DNA of 64,000 nt from Octopus vulgaris (taxonomy: Eukaryota): positions 143,220,001-143,284,000 of the forward strand of contig OX597814.1 of assembly GCA_951406725.2 (NCBI GenBank), written 5' to 3'. How positions within the stretch are numbered: the stretch's first letter is position 1; the number at the start of each line of letters is the position of its first letter. Under the pieces are notes generated by a model. The model saw only the letters and a program-made list of their open reading frames with translations. It did no database searches and was not told the origin of the DNA. The position numbers and the translations under genes were made by a program. Of the stretch, positions 27,205-41,167 are shown in pieces.

Positions 27205-27762
27205 GAGTGAGAGAGCAGTGCATGCCATTAAAGTGACCCTGGGGTAAAATATATGAAGCCCAGTATACCCATCATGACAACCCGTCTGATAAGGGTACAC
27301 TAGGTGCATGCATCACAACCATATGTGCGCAACATGGTGATCTCATATCAAGATAAGCAGCATATGACCTTGCAGGTGGGGCCCAGTTACAATTTTCTTC
27401 TGGTCGAGTAGCCCATCCCGCACAAATGGTCCCTGAATATGGGTTGTCTAAGTATGTTGAACGAAACACCCATGTTTCCAGAAGTGAATTATTCAAACCT
27501 CAAAGAATCCCTCTAACCATCGACTATGATGCTCCCCCCCACTACTTCTGCTCGTGATCAGAGATGCACATATCGTCAGCCACTAAGGGACATGCTCAAC
27601 TGGTTAAGGTCAAACAACTGACAAGCAAATCTGTGGTATTGAGCAGAATATTTGCTGTAGCCCATCTTTTATACCAAGACAAAACACTGTACATGATAAC
27701 ACTTCCAGTCAGTTAAGATCAGAAGCCATGAGAGCCACTGCCTGGTACTGAATCCGGGCATT
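27170..27762. repeat. Interspersed element embedded between (TTA)n tracts
   Basis: Non-microsatellite segment bounded on both sides by (TTA)n; family not determined. Confidence 0.4.
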
Positions 27763-27784
27763 TATTATTATTATTGTTGTTGTT

Positions 27785-29430
27785 ATTTCATTGTCATTGC
27801 ACAGCTTCTAATACTGGAGATGTATTATGATGTCAGCTGTTCACTATCAGTGAACTAAGGTAACACCCCTTATATTTCGGAGTATTCGGAGTGCTGTTTA
27901 CTGCAAGTGCTCCACCTTTATTGCAGACCCTATTTGTTCCATGTACTTCTCAAGACTTTTAATACCACCTTTTTCAGCGACCACAATTACTTACCCCCCA
28001 CCCCACCCCAAGCTAACCTGTTATATCTATTGACATTTCTTTCTTCCTTATCGCATACCTTGTTCTCAGCTGGGTATACTATATCTATGATCCAGCATCT
28101 CAGGGTCGCACTGAATCATAAAATTCCATAGGATTTTTGCATTATCATTTTCAATGATGTCTTCGGGTTTATGTTCATACCACGTTTTTGCTCTGTCATG
28201 TCCATACTTGTTGCAAAGTGTCCAATGGACAATCCTTGCTATATTGTCATGACGTCTCTTATATTCTTTCTAGGCAAGTGGCGTACATTGACTTGTAATA
28301 TGCCATACAGCTTCACCATTTTGTCCACAAATTCTGCACTAATCACTTTCTGATGTCTTGTTTATTCTGTATTTGATGTAATTCGTTATTAATATTTGCT
28401 CCGTTTCCTGTTTCAAATCACTTTTAGTCATCCATAACCATCTTTTTCCTCTGTGTGTCTTATCTTCAACATCCCTCTGAAATTGACCATGCATTCTTTT
28501 CTTTACCCACCTATTTTCAGTTTCATTTGTTTTCAATTTCTTGTGCAATGCTTTATCATTGCAATCTTTCATCCTACACAAGCCTGACCTTCCTACTTAT
28601 AATATTAGCGGTTCTGTGGCATTTTTTACATACCATGCTATGTTGTTTTCTTCTGCTCTAATACTGTGTTTGCATCCAATCAGTCCTCTTTCCCCTCTTT
28701 TTCTTGGTACATACAGTCTGTCTGTGTCACATTTTGGGTGGAGAATCCCATATCTAGTCAGCAACTTCCCTGTCGTTCTGTCTAAGGTGTTTAGACCGTC
28801 TACTGTCCATGCGGTTACCCTTGCTCCATATCTGAGTAGCGAAACCGCCCAGGTGTTGATAGGTTCAACCTTATTCCGTCCGTTTAATTTCGACTTAAGG
28901 ATCAGTCTCAGTCTGCGCAAGTACACCACCTCAAATTTTTCTGTCATTTCTTTCTCTATCAATTTATCCATTTCCAATATCCCCAAGTACTTATAGCCCG
29001 ACTCTTCTATCTGCTTCATAACCTCCCCCGACTGTGTCGCTAGCCCGTCTATACATTTGATTTTGCCTATCTTCAAGATTGACACACCGCACGTTTTCAG
29101 TCCGAACTCCATTCTGATATCAGCACTGAAAGTATATACCGTATCAACAACTGACTTGGGGTTCATCTTTATCATAAAGTTTGAGGTCCTCCATGTATAA
29201 CAAGTGGTTTACTTTTTGTTGGCGGCTCTTGAATACATACCCAGCTTTTGCTTCCTCAGAATCAATGTTAGTGGTATCATACATAGTACAAAGATCAGTG
29301 GGGACAGGTAGTCCCCTTGGAAGATATATCTCCTGATTTCTGTTGTCCCTAAGCTTCTTCTGTATGCTATCATTTCCGTCCTCCACTTCGCCACACTTTT
29401 TCCAAGTAATCGCTCAACATTCGATGCAAT
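27785..29430 (-). mobile_element. 5'-truncated R4/Dong/Rex6-like non-LTR retrotransposon (RT region, decayed)
   Basis: IFQGDYLSPLIF, HLLYMEDLKLY, FSADIRMEFGLKTC, YKYLGILE, LNGRNKVEPINTWAV, LYVPRKRGERGL; flanked by (TTA/TTG)n. Confidence 0.85.
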
Positions 29431-29844
29431 ATTGTTGTTGTTATTATTATTACGTTAAAAGATGTGTAGTTTAATGTCCTATTTTTTCTCATGTATACCC
29501 AAAAGTAATACTTCAAGGAATAAGGACAGTTGTAGATAACATATTTATTTGCACCGTTACATATAATCGTTTCCTAACCACAACGGGTAGGTGTGTATGA
29601 AAGCAATCGGCAAGCATGCGTGGTAAAGAGTTATAATTTCGTGTATAAATGGATAGCGTAAGATTTAAATGTCTCGGGTCATTTAAGCAGCAGATGACGA
29701 GAGGACATAGTGATGTTGTAGAAGAGAAAGATGAGCTAATGAGACAGTTAGGGATTAGTGTGACGAGACAACTGTATCGTGGGTGAGTTTCCAGAGTTGT
29801 CCCTCTGTGATGTTACTTCAGTCGAGATGGTGTTTCGTTCAAGT

Positions 29845-30741
29845 GGTCGCGAATTTTTTTCCCACGAGAGTTCCGGACCCAAGTTATGAACTCATTTGCA
29901 TACAGCCAATCAGAGCTCAACTATCAAACTAATTTATGAGAGCATAAGTGATGGGTGATAAGATGAGGTCACTTGGGCAAGGAATGACCATGCCTCTTTT
30001 CTCTTTTAAAAATGCTTGTTGTTCTTGTTCTTGTTTCAACCATGGCTGCCTCTGCGTAGTTATTTGTGTTGTTGTTTACTTTGTAAAACAGTAAGGGGAG
30101 AGGGTTGCTAGCACGGCACCCTCTACCCACATTTTCACCCATCTACATCTTTACCATATAGGTCCCTGACAAGATCCGATAATAGGTATAGATGCAAATC
30201 TGTCTAATTACTTGTCTCCTTCTAAAATCAGGCTTAACTTGGCGATCGGTCGACTTACAACACCATTCTTCGTCTTGAGTTTACTTGCTAGAGTGTATTT
30301 TACCAAGAGATTCACTGTTTTTAACACATGCACGAATGTCATATTGGGCTTTGCGTCTAGGCATAGTCTGAGAGCTGGTCGGCATCTTTCCTTTCACACT
30401 TTTCAAACAATCCTCCACCGGTCTGCCAGACCAATGCGGTTTCTGCCACCACCAACTATCTTTCTCTTGGATGCTGCAGTTGGTTGCACACTAATTGTCG
30501 TTATACTAACTAGGGATTTTCGGTAATTCAGACTTACCGCTAACCACCGTATGTGTTCTGTATCGATGATATTAGAATCTGAATAAGATCACAATACAAG
30601 ATTCGCATAGCAATCGGAGATCGCCATTTTGAATACCAACCTTTGTTAACTGGACACGACAAGATCAAGGTGAACCCTTATTGGCTGTATGCAAATGAGT
30701 TCATTACTGGGATGCGAAAATCTCGTGGGAAAAATTTCGCG
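29845..30741. mobile_element. Non-autonomous element with ~75-bp inverted arms
   Basis: CCCACGAGA...ATGAACTCATTTGCATACAGCCAAT vs ATTGGCTGTATGCAAATGAGTTCAT...TCTCGTGGG. Confidence 0.6.
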
Positions 30742-30932
30742 CCTGGAAATCTCCGTCACACATATGTGACCTCACCAGCGGCGCTTCGTTTTCGTGTGTG
30801 TTCTTGCTCCACTCACTCCATTCTGTTCTAAGATATGTACCCTTATGTGCGCATGCGTTTGTGTCCTTGTTTGTTTGTGTGCGTGGGTGGGGGTTTACAT
30901 ACATAGATTCATACATATACAAATTTGAATCG

Positions 30933-30984
<52 letters not shown>

Positions 30985-31052
30985 TATTTACTATCTAGCT
31001 AGCTATCAGTCTCACTCTCTTTCTTTCTTTTTCTCTCTCTCTCTCTCTCTCT

Positions 31053-31136
<84 letters not shown>

Positions 31137-31234
31137 AGTAAACCGGGCAAGTCAATAAACATCCTTAAAAGATCTCTGCATTTTCAAATTCTCTTCCCTA
31201 TATATATATAGGGGAGAGAAAGAGAGAGATAATC

Positions 31235-31550
31235 TGAGAACCCCTTCGGTCATGAATGAGCATGGGATTGCACCTAGAAAGTTACTCTCCCATGCACAAG
31301 TCCGGGAAAGGTTGTTTATGGAAGACCAGCAGTCGCCCATGCATACCGGCCTCCTCTCTCCACGCCACTCATGTTATTCAAGGGAAAGGCAAAGGCGGAT
31401 ACAACTTGGCACCAGTGACATCACAACTCATTTCTACACTTGAGTGAACTGGAGCAACGTGAAATAAAGTATCTTGCTCAAGAACACAACACGCAGCCCG
31501 GTCCGGGATTCGAGCTCACAACCTCACTATCGTAAGCTCGACACTAACCA
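31235..31550 (-). mobile_element. tRNA-derived SINE family 3
   Basis: Reverse-complement homolog of 43615-43945. Confidence 0.85.
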
Positions 31551-31829
31551 CACGAGAGAGGAAAACATATATATATATATATATATATTCATACGTGCAG
31601 AGACAAACAAAATTAGTGTGTGAAATATGTGTGTGTGTTTACGTGTGTGTGTGTGTGTGTGTATGTGTGTGTGTGTTGCTATATGCATACTAATATTTGA
31701 TTACGCAGACAGACAGACGGACATAGATACAAAAGGTAAAACGCTGAAACTACAGTTAAAACAGTATACCGATTAGGTACCTCTAAATTGCAATTCTATC
31801 CACTCTCCCTCTGTGTCCAACGCCCACAA

Positions 31830-31887
<58 letters not shown>

Positions 31888-32604
31888 GTTTGTGTGTGCG
31901 TGTGTGTATCTGCACATAACATTTATATAAATATATATATATATTTATCTGAGTATACATATATGCAAGACACACACAGCATTTATATAAATAAATATAT
32001 TTGACTGCATGAATGTATGTACGTATATATATATGTATGTATATGCATGAGTGTGTGTATATATATGTATGTGTGTGTGTGTGTGTGTGTGAGTGTGTGT
32101 GTGTGTGTGTCTGTGTGTGTGTGTCTGTGTGTGTGTCTGTGTGTGTGTGTGTGTATTCATAAGCGCAAACAAATGAGCTTCCTGTCAAAACGACACGTAG
32201 GTTAGGTGTCTGATATTCCAGCATCAAAGGAACTAGCTATATTAGCGAGCAGGAGCACATCAAAGAGACTGCCTTAATAATTAACAGATCTGCAGCAGAC
32301 ATCAACCACAAAGTCATGTTTATATAACATTAATACTTTTTGTAGCTACATATCTCTACTTTCTGACTCAGACAAGCTAAACCTCTAGACTACTGAAGGA
32401 CAGTCATGGTCACATATCTAAGAATAGATGTATCTTGTACAAAGACATAAAGTTTGCTAAGTACTCGCATAAATAGCATATCGTTCAAATCATAGACTCC
32501 CTTTCTTCTCATTCTTTGTCTCTGTCTCTCTGTCTCTGTCTCTGACTCTGTCTCTGTCTCTCTCTCTCTCTCTTCTTTTCTCAGATTCTCTTTCTCTCTC
32601 TATT

Positions 32605-32657
<53 letters not shown>

Positions 32658-32911
32658 CTCCTCTCAGACACACAAACATGCAATATATATATATATACAT
32701 ACATACACCTTCATATTGACATTTATATAGACATTATTCATATGTGTTTTGTGTGTGTGTGTGTATTCACACACAAATATGCATATAAACACACATATAA
32801 AGCTATAGTGTCAGGAATATATACATACATTCTCTGAGGTAAATATATATATATATATATATATATAATGTATTTATATATTTTAACACATACACATGCA
32901 CCCGTATATGG

Positions 32912-32953
<42 letters not shown>

Positions 32954-32961
32954 TATAAATT

Positions 32962-32994
<33 letters not shown>

Positions 32995-33002
32995 ATTTAT
33001 AT

Positions 33003-33101
<99 letters not shown>

Positions 33102-33190
33102 GACAGAGAGAGAGACAAAGAGAGAAGAGAAAGAGAGAGAGAGATACATAATCACATGCATATGCATGCACACACATTCACACGTATACA
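31830..33190. repeat. Dense compound microsatellite field (TG, TA, CT, CA, AGAC)
   Basis: Visible directly. Confidence 0.9.
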
Positions 33191-34099
33191 CACATGGGTT
33201 GGAGAATCGAACCGAAATTATTTATGCAATCTCATTACGCCTTGTCGCTGTTACGACCTCGCTTTTCTCTTGATTATGAGCAAGTCTGATTATAAGCTAG
33301 ATAAAACTGCCTTCAGAATTCACTAAGATTATTCTTACTTATAGTTTTTTTGCGAATCCGATGAAGAACATTTTCTTCGTCATTTGGTAGCCCTTGATGA
33401 TTGTACATCCCAACGTTTGATGTTCAGTGGTTCATGTATAGGTGGACAGTCCAAATGTAACCCTACCTCAAATCCTCTTTCCTCGCTTTTTTTTAGTACA
33501 GCTGACTGCGTTATACCCCTTCAATTCTTTTGGACGGTGTGAACGCCAAATCAAACGACGTGCAGCGATTTCTTCCACGTTTAAAGGAGCGGTTGTTCCT
33601 CTCCAATGTGGCTGTCTTCAGCTGGGATTTGAACCGCTTTTTTGTGCTCTAACCAGGAATTAACCATGGTTGCTGGTCATAGAGGAAACGTGATTCAAAC
33701 ATATGACCTGAATACTCGAGACCTCGCCATTGTTGCCTGTATAAGTACGACTGATATTAGTTCCATAGATGATATCTGTGTACATAGTCCTTTGTTGCCA
33801 AGCGAGAGAAAAGCTCTTTTTAAGATATCAGATGTTAAAGGCCTCTAGGTTGTTTTTTTGTGGTAATATCTTGCATTGAAACTAAAGATCCGACTTGGCA
33901 GATCAATTATGAAAATTTGACCAAAATTTTCTAAAAAACAGTGGAAGTAGTTACCCACTTGCAGTAATATTAATAATACAGAAGCTGCAATGAGGCATCC
34001 CTGGCCAATTTTCGTCTTTGCCATTCCTGAAGATATTCCAGCATTCGTCATATTTCTATCCGCTTTGAAAATGGCCAACAAATTTAGGTGGTCGGCAAT

Positions 34100-34316
34100 A
34101 GTTACAGGTAAAATGGTCACAGTAATAAAGTCACAATTTTGGCCAGGAAAAAAAGTCACAATTTATAGTGGCTGGTAATAAAGTCACAGGAAAAAAGTCA
34201 CTATTAATTTATGGGATCCGGACACCCCCCACTCGGACACCCCCCCCCGGACAAAACCCTTGTGACTTTATTACCGTGACAGTTTTTCCTGTGACTTTTT
34301 TTTTTATCTAGATTCC
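34100..34316. mobile_element. MITE fragments with AAAGTCAC / GTGACTTT subterminal repeats
   Basis: Repeated AAAGTCAC on the left, inverted GTGACTTT on the right, nested GGACACCCCC repeats. Confidence 0.5.
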
Positions 34317-34968
34317 AAATTTATTTTACACAGCAAACACAAAGTCCAGAGGAGTCAACTTTTATTTTCAAACTGAGCTAGTGTGATCCCTTTGCAAATG
34401 CATTCCTTATCCGACAAGTTCCGTCCTGGAACAACAAACAACGAAGACACGAAGAAAAGTACCTCATTTGACAGTCAACCTGGTTTAATTTTTGATAACG
34501 CCTTTGAGAGAATGTATAACTTCCATTCCAGTTAGCATTGAATATATCTTTCTATCAATCGTTCTCCGTAGGGTGCAAGGTTCAAACTCATTTCATGTGC
34601 TTCGAATATAAATCATGTCTGCGCTATCTACAGGAACTCAAGCTATTATAATGGAAAATTATGCCCATAGGGTTACAACATGGAAGCTTCTATATTTTAA
34701 GGGTTCTGTTCACCATACAGCTAAAATGTTGAGGATCATCAAGTCTGCTTCAGTTCTGGCTCAGGCACTGTGAATACCTTACCGAAGATTTCAAGCATGA
34801 AAATCAGCAGATATGTTCCGACATGGAAATGGGGTACTGAAATGTAATCAACACTGCAACCCTCATCGATAAATTCAAGAATTTAAAAAGTACGGCTTCC
34901 GTCAATCCAACAACACTGAAGTCAATGATCCAACTACAAAAATTTTCAAAGAAGCATCACAATACGAG

Positions 34969-36037
34969 GAATATAGGACAAAAGCCCCCCGGGTCAAAGG
35001 CCTCATAGTTAAAGTGTGGAAGTGGCCAAAAGCCCTACGGTTATATTTATCGGTTATTTTTTGTTGTTTTCACCCTTTACTTGTGTCAGTCATCAGACTG
35101 TTGTCATGCTGGGGCACTGCTTTGAAGAATTTTTAGTTGAACGTATCGACGCCAGATTTTAATTTTTTATTTTTACTTGTTGCAGTTATTAGACTGCGGC
35201 CATGCTGGGACACCGGCATGAAGAATTTTTAGTCGTAGAAAGATCACTATTTTAAAATTTAAAATCTTGTTTTCTTCTCTCAGCACTTAGAGATTACTGA
35301 GAATGAGTTGACCTTTTGAACTTTCTCCGGCCGTTGAAGGTCTAACAGAATTATGACGCCGAAGGTTAGTCATTCAAACCTACTTCTTACACATTTCTTG
35401 AAGTAAATGCGTTCCTTTTGTTCGAATTCAGACAACATGTACATTGAGTAGTAAAGAGTCTTGTGTTCTGTTATTCTATTCTACTTATTTAGTTTCAATT
35501 GAATATATTTTGTTTACATAAAATTTGGAATTTTTGAAAATAAATGTTCTTTTTTTTTAAACCTCGATTTCCGTTTTTGTTAACGATAAAATTATGAAAC
35601 AAAAAATCTAAGATTTGGCTGTTATTTCTAGCATGTGGAGAGACCTTCTGGGATTAACTTCATGTGCTGGTTGAAAATTACCTAAATATGATTCTGGGGT
35701 AGAAACATTCGACTAAAAATTCCTCAAGGCAGTGCCCCAGCATGGCCGAAGTCCAATGACTGAAACAAGTAAAGAGATTTTAGAAAATAAAAAAAAGTTC
35801 GAAGAATAACCAAACAAATTCTGGGGGTCGATACATTCGACTAAAAATTCCTCAGGGTGGTGCCCCAGCATGGCCACAGTCTAATGACTACAACGAGCAA
35901 AAAGAAAAGAAAATTAAAATATAACCGAAAAATATAACCGTGGGGCTTTTGTCCACTTTCACTTTAACTATGGGTCTTTTGTCCGAGAGGCTTTTGTCTG
36001 TGCGTCCCTTGTCCTAGGACGCTTTTGTCAGGATCCC
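34969..36037. mobile_element. MULE-type non-autonomous element with long TIRs and 9-bp TSD
   Basis: CAATACGAG at 34960-34968 and 36038-36046; GACAAAAGC / GCTTTTGTC terminal repeats; inverted arms. Confidence 0.8.
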
Positions 36038-36612
36038 CAATACGAGACATCATATATGATTAACATAATAATAACATATTGGACAGAGGGAAGACTATTC
36101 AGCTATTTTTAACAGGTTCGATTAGAATAAATTGGAATTTGCTTCCTTGATGTTTATGATGGAAATGGAAACAATTTCCTAATCAGTCAATTACTTACCA
36201 AAGCCCATCAACACAACGCCATAGTTATTGCAGTTATTTCTTCAGATATCGCAGCCATGCTTCTTCCTGTGGACCATATGATATAGTTTGTTTTCAAGTT
36301 TTGTTTCTTTTTTAGATTAGGTACAAATGACACACCTGTTTGCAACATCACTCAGAATTTTGAAACCGCATAAGTTCATATCGTAAGATACGATAAATGA
36401 TTGATTGGGATTAATTCCCAATGATACATCTGAGATCCCTATTAGGTCCTTGTCAGTATATTACAGAGTTTGCGTCAAGATATATGTCAAATAGAAGGAT
36501 TACTAGAGGTGATCACAGGCGATTTTTGTCAGACCCTTCTAGTGGTCGCAGATAGAAGTAAAACGAATGAAGTATGTGCTTGCTTTAAACTGTAGTCGCT
36601 TTAGAACAAAGT

Positions 36613-36784
36613 CACTAGCGTAGCTGGTGGGATCGGTAGGGGTGGCCCACCCCGGACGGGACTTTTAAAGGGGCCCCACTTTTGGGTCTGCTGTAGGCAA
36701 TATGTATTTTTTTTGGGGGGGGGGGTCCGGGGGCGGATAACGGAAGGACCACCACAGGAGGCACACATTCTAGCTAAGCTAGTG
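36613..36784. mobile_element. hAT-type MITE with 8-bp TSD
   Basis: TIR CACTAGCGTAGCT / AGCTAAGCTAGTG; TSD AACAAAGT / ATCAAAGT. Confidence 0.75.
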
Positions 36785-38774
36785 ATCAAAGTCATCTTCT
36801 CACTGTCTATAAACTTAAATGATCGAGATAAGTTGTCCAATCATTGGTTAAATTATTATAAGCCGGAAAGAGAATTTCTTCCGACAGTAATGGCATCGTG
36901 GATCTAGTCCTTATGAATACATTGATTAAAACAACAGACGAATTGATGTTGAAAATGTTCCTCAACTTGCAACATCTTTAACAAACACACAAATGACCGT
37001 ACGAAGAAATGCTTAGAAGAACAGCTTTAACTGGTAGGTGTTGGGAGTCACTTCCATGAAATAGTCATAGTTACAAATCAATAAACTTTGTTTCGGATCA
37101 GGAAGAATTTATTCATTATTCTGTAGGATTTTAAAATTCATTGTAACCTTGAGGTTAAATTTTGAAATTCATTGTAATCTTGAAGTTAAATTCATTGTAG
37201 CCTCGAGGTTGAAATTTTATTTAAGAAAGATCCTCTGATAATGCTGCTGTAGTTATGCAATGGCACAAGTCTGAGATTCTTATTGGGTACACAAAAAATT
37301 GATAATGTAATTACATTCAGAATTCCACTCATGCCAACACATGAATCTTTCCGATTTAAAAGACTTCAGTTTCTAGAGCATCTAATTTTTACCATGTCAA
37401 TCAACAGATTGGAAGGATAAACATTGACAGTTTCTAAATACACCTTGAAGAATAAATATGAGAATAAATATGCTAACGGCCATATTTAATATTGGATGAT
37501 CAAGAGTTGCAAGCCTCCATTAACTCTGTTTTTGTAACTTTTTGCATAAACCATTAACATTGTATATTCCGATATGCTCACATAGCAATGTCCAGAGTTG
37601 CCAAGAGTCTGGTGGGTACGGATTTATCATAAATCTTAAATATTTCTATACCTCTGCATATATTGCAGTTCTGGTTTTTTGGATATGTGGGTTTTCTGTG
37701 GACATACCGGTTTCTATCTATACTCTATGGAAATGCTCTTCGTTCCATGGGTCATTTACTTCCAGACATTACGGCTTCAGCTCATTTATCTGCATTAAAG
37801 ATTCCAAGTATAAAAGACAATATATTATGTTCAATAATAGCTTCAAATGAAACACAAATCTCTTCGTATTTACTTAATTCTGCGTTCTTATTTAATCAAC
37901 TTGAATTAAACATGTCATTGATATAATTAAATTACGAAATTTACTAATTAGTGCGTATCTGTTGAACAGTGACTGAACAACAGGCTGCTATAAATGTATT
38001 GGAAAACAGTTTCATTTCTTACATGAAAGAATTTCTCAAGAGAAATCCAATAGTGTACCATTAAACAAGAATATCCCTTCATTAATGACAAGACTGGGCC
38101 ATTTATAGCTAATTTTCTGCTTAAGTAACGATGCGTATTCTTCTAGCTTATTTACAAATGTTAAATAATGCTCACTTGTTGCTCCTAGTAAATAGAATGC
38201 AATAATTTTCTTGCATTATATTTACCCAAGTAAGACAGTTAACTGCATCCAGTAGGGGATTGTTGGTAGGGGAGTTCCAGACTTTTGAGGAATGTGGAAC
38301 CAACTCTTAGCCACTATTGGTCCCTGGTCAACTCTTGCCCAGAATAGTAGCGCCTGTTAGGATCTCAGCTATGGGTTAACTAGCAAGCGTACCACCCGCT
38401 TCAAACCCGGGCTACGTCTGCTGCAATAACTGGCGGTGAGTTGGTCAGCGAATCCTCTATGACGGTCCACAATCGAGAGCAAAATGAGCCTCTACGGATC
38501 ACACTGTCCCGAAGTATGTATGCATTGGACCGAGGATCACATATAACCGGGGATCCCATGTGCTGGGGATCACATGTAATCGGAGACAAGGGATCACATG
38601 TGAACCTGTATTTTCACTGAAACTCCGAACAACGAACAGTAACAATGGCAGCGCTGTCCACGCTGTCCAACACTTGTACAAAGTGTTACGCAGTGGGACT
38701 GAAACCAGGACCATGTGGTTGGGGAGCAAGTTTCTTACCACACAGCCACGCCTGCGTCTCTTTCACTCTCTACC

Positions 38775-39645
38775 TGCTGTGAGTCAATGGGCAGACAAAA
38801 ACAAAATACAACTAAACGAGGGAGAATTTGAGCTGGTGTATTTTGGAAAAAAGACTATGCTAAAATAGCCATACACTCTTCCTTCAGGAGAACTTCTCAC
38901 AGCATCTAATAATATCAGAGACCTAGGAGTAAGTTTTGATAACAATCTCAGTTGGAGTGTCCACATCAACAATATGATCGATATAGCTCGTAGAATGAGC
39001 TCCTGGATCCTAAGAACCTTCCGGTCCAGAGAACAAGGTGTCATCCTTCCATTTTTCTCCTCCTTTGTACGGCCACATCTCGAACTCTGCTGCCCCTTGT
39101 GGTCTCCCCATACAACATCTCGAAAATTGAATTACCCCAAAGGTCATTCACTAAAAGAATTAAGAGCATGACTGATCTCGATTACTGGGGCCGCTTTAAA
39201 GCATTAAAACTTTATTCTTTCCAGCAACGCTGTGAGCAATATATCATTTGCACAATGTGGAGAATGTACCACCAGCATTGCCCAAATGACTTCAACATTA
39301 GCTACAAAATTCATCCAAGGCTAGGAACACGGGCCATACGTCCGCTACCCAATCCAGGATTACAACACATAAATACACTGCAACGCAATTTCTTTTCCTT
39401 GCCAGGCCATACACTATTTAACATTGTCTCGACACAGGTCAGAGAAGGAAAGGATCTCATTACCATTAAACGGAATCTGGACAAATTTCTTCAAGTAATA
39501 CCAGATAAGCCACCTATACATGGATTCAACTCACTCAACAAGAACTCCCTACTTGAATGGACTATGATACCAAAAAAATTTGAATTTAAAAGGATTTAGA
39601 TAATCCTATCAGGTGGTGCTATTAATTTAGACATGGCCTGGACCA
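38775..39645 (+). mobile_element. 5'-truncated CR1-like LINE (RT C-terminal region)
   Basis: QWADKNKIQLNEG, IRDLGVSFDNNLSW..HI, WILRTF, FVRPHLELCCPLWSP, QRSFTKRI...LKLYS; frameshifted. Confidence 0.88.
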
Positions 39646-39825
39646 ATCTTTGGTCGAAACAAATCGAAGTTTACATATATACATATACATACATACATAC
39701 ATACATACATACATACATACATACATACATACATACATACATGCATGCATGCATGCATGCATGCATACATGCATACATGCATGCATACATGCATACATAC
39801 ATACATACACACACAGAGACATATA

Positions 39826-40205
39826 CACTACCGTCAGAAATTAATTAGCACCCTTGATTTGCTCTTCACTCAAGGTATGTGCTGTCACCTAGTGGCCATA
39901 TCTCGAACTATTGCTTTGTTGCGAGTTCACTGTTGCGCAGAACGATGACGTAACTTTGTTTGCAGAGCAGTTTGAGAGTCTACAGCCTTATGATGTTGAC
40001 ATAGCAGTGCAACAACAACTTGGAGTGCGGATGCAGACAAATCTTCCTTTGTTTAATAGATATAGGTAGCGCCTCGCAAGGACCGAAATCACACCATACT
40101 AAGTTTTCTCATCGCGTAAGACGTTTTGAACAGCTCATAGGTTAATTGATTTAACCTATTTAATGTAGAAATTTGAGAAGTGCTAATTAATTTCTGACGC
40201 AAGTG
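39826..40205. mobile_element. Tc1-type MITE
   Basis: TIR CACTACCGTCAGAAATTAATTAGCAC / GTGCTAATTAATTTCTGACGCAAGTG, flanked by TA. Confidence 0.85.
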
Positions 40206-40239
40206 TATATATACATACATATATATATATATATAAGAT

Positions 40240-40650
40240 GGCGGTGGAAATAACACAGAAGTAAGTCTAAGAAATTTTAATTCAAGAGGGAATTTAATAA
40301 AAATTATTTTAAAAATTATATAAAGAAAATATTACCGGTTTCAATGAATCTCATATTACCAAATATCAGTAAATATTTATAAAATTTTGAAGTAAAAACA
40401 GGTTATCTTCTGTCTGGGGGTCAAGAAGATGCCAGTTTATCTTCTGTCTAGGGGTCAAGAAAATCTTCTTGACCCCCAGACAAAAGATAAACTGTTTTTA
40501 TCTCAAATTTTTATGAATTTTTACTGATATTTGATAAGATACATCGAAACCGCTAATATTTTCTTTTATATAATTCTTTAAAATCATTTTTACTAAATTC
40601 TCTCTTAAATTGAAATGTCTTAGACTTACTGCCGAGCTATTTCCACCTCC
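40240..40650. repeat. Long imperfect palindrome (foldback MITE, ~190-bp arms)
   Basis: GGTGGAAATA...GTAAGTCTAAGA on the left vs TCTTAGACTTAC...TATTTCCACC on the right; centre near 40460. Confidence 0.8.
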
Positions 40651-40651
40651 A

Positions 40652-41076
40652 GATCTTTTCGGTTTGAACGGCAGTTTTTTCTAGCGGTGTCATATGAAAT
40701 TGTCACCCATAATTATGACCCTAGTATCGATCTATTGCATTTTAAAGGGTTAGTTAGGGTTAGAGTTAGGGTTAGGGGTGGGGGAAAGGGTATCATTTTT
40801 TTCTTCACAAATGTAAATAAACCCAATCTGATTTTTAAACGAGAGACATATAGATACGGCACAGAATGTTTTCACCTCAAAAGACGTCATTGATTGGTTG
40901 AAATTGCAGAAATTGAAGAAAAAAAAACAACAAATATCTTACAAACTATAGAATTTTCTCAATAAAGCCAAGAGAAAAAGATGTTTATAAACACATTCTA
41001 CCAGTATACGAAGTTTAAAAGTGTTTAGTTGCGTGGAAATTATTTAAAAAAACTGCCGGTCAAACCGAAAAGATAC
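40652..41076. mobile_element. MITE with TIRs, imperfect 9-bp TSD and internal (TTAGGG)-like repeats
   Basis: TCTTTTCGGTTTGAACGGCAGTTTTTT / AAAAAACTGCCGGTCAAACCGAAAAGA; CCACCTCCA / CCACTTCCA flanks. Confidence 0.75.
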
Positions 41077-41167
41077 CCACTTCCACCTTTTGTATATAAA
41101 AATTTGATTTGTATAGATCTCTAATCTTTTTTCAACAATATTTATATATATGACCTCTGTCTCTGTA

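Larger units (their letters stand above)
34320..37515 (+). mobile_element. Decayed Helitron RepHel (Pif1-like helicase region), interrupted by MITEs
   Basis: Remnant motifs in order: RMYNFH, VQGSNSF, FLD...GNGNNFLI (Walker A), IAVISSDIAAMLLP, GDFCQTL, RIPLMP, FKRLQF, FTMSINR, SRV. Confidence 0.75.
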
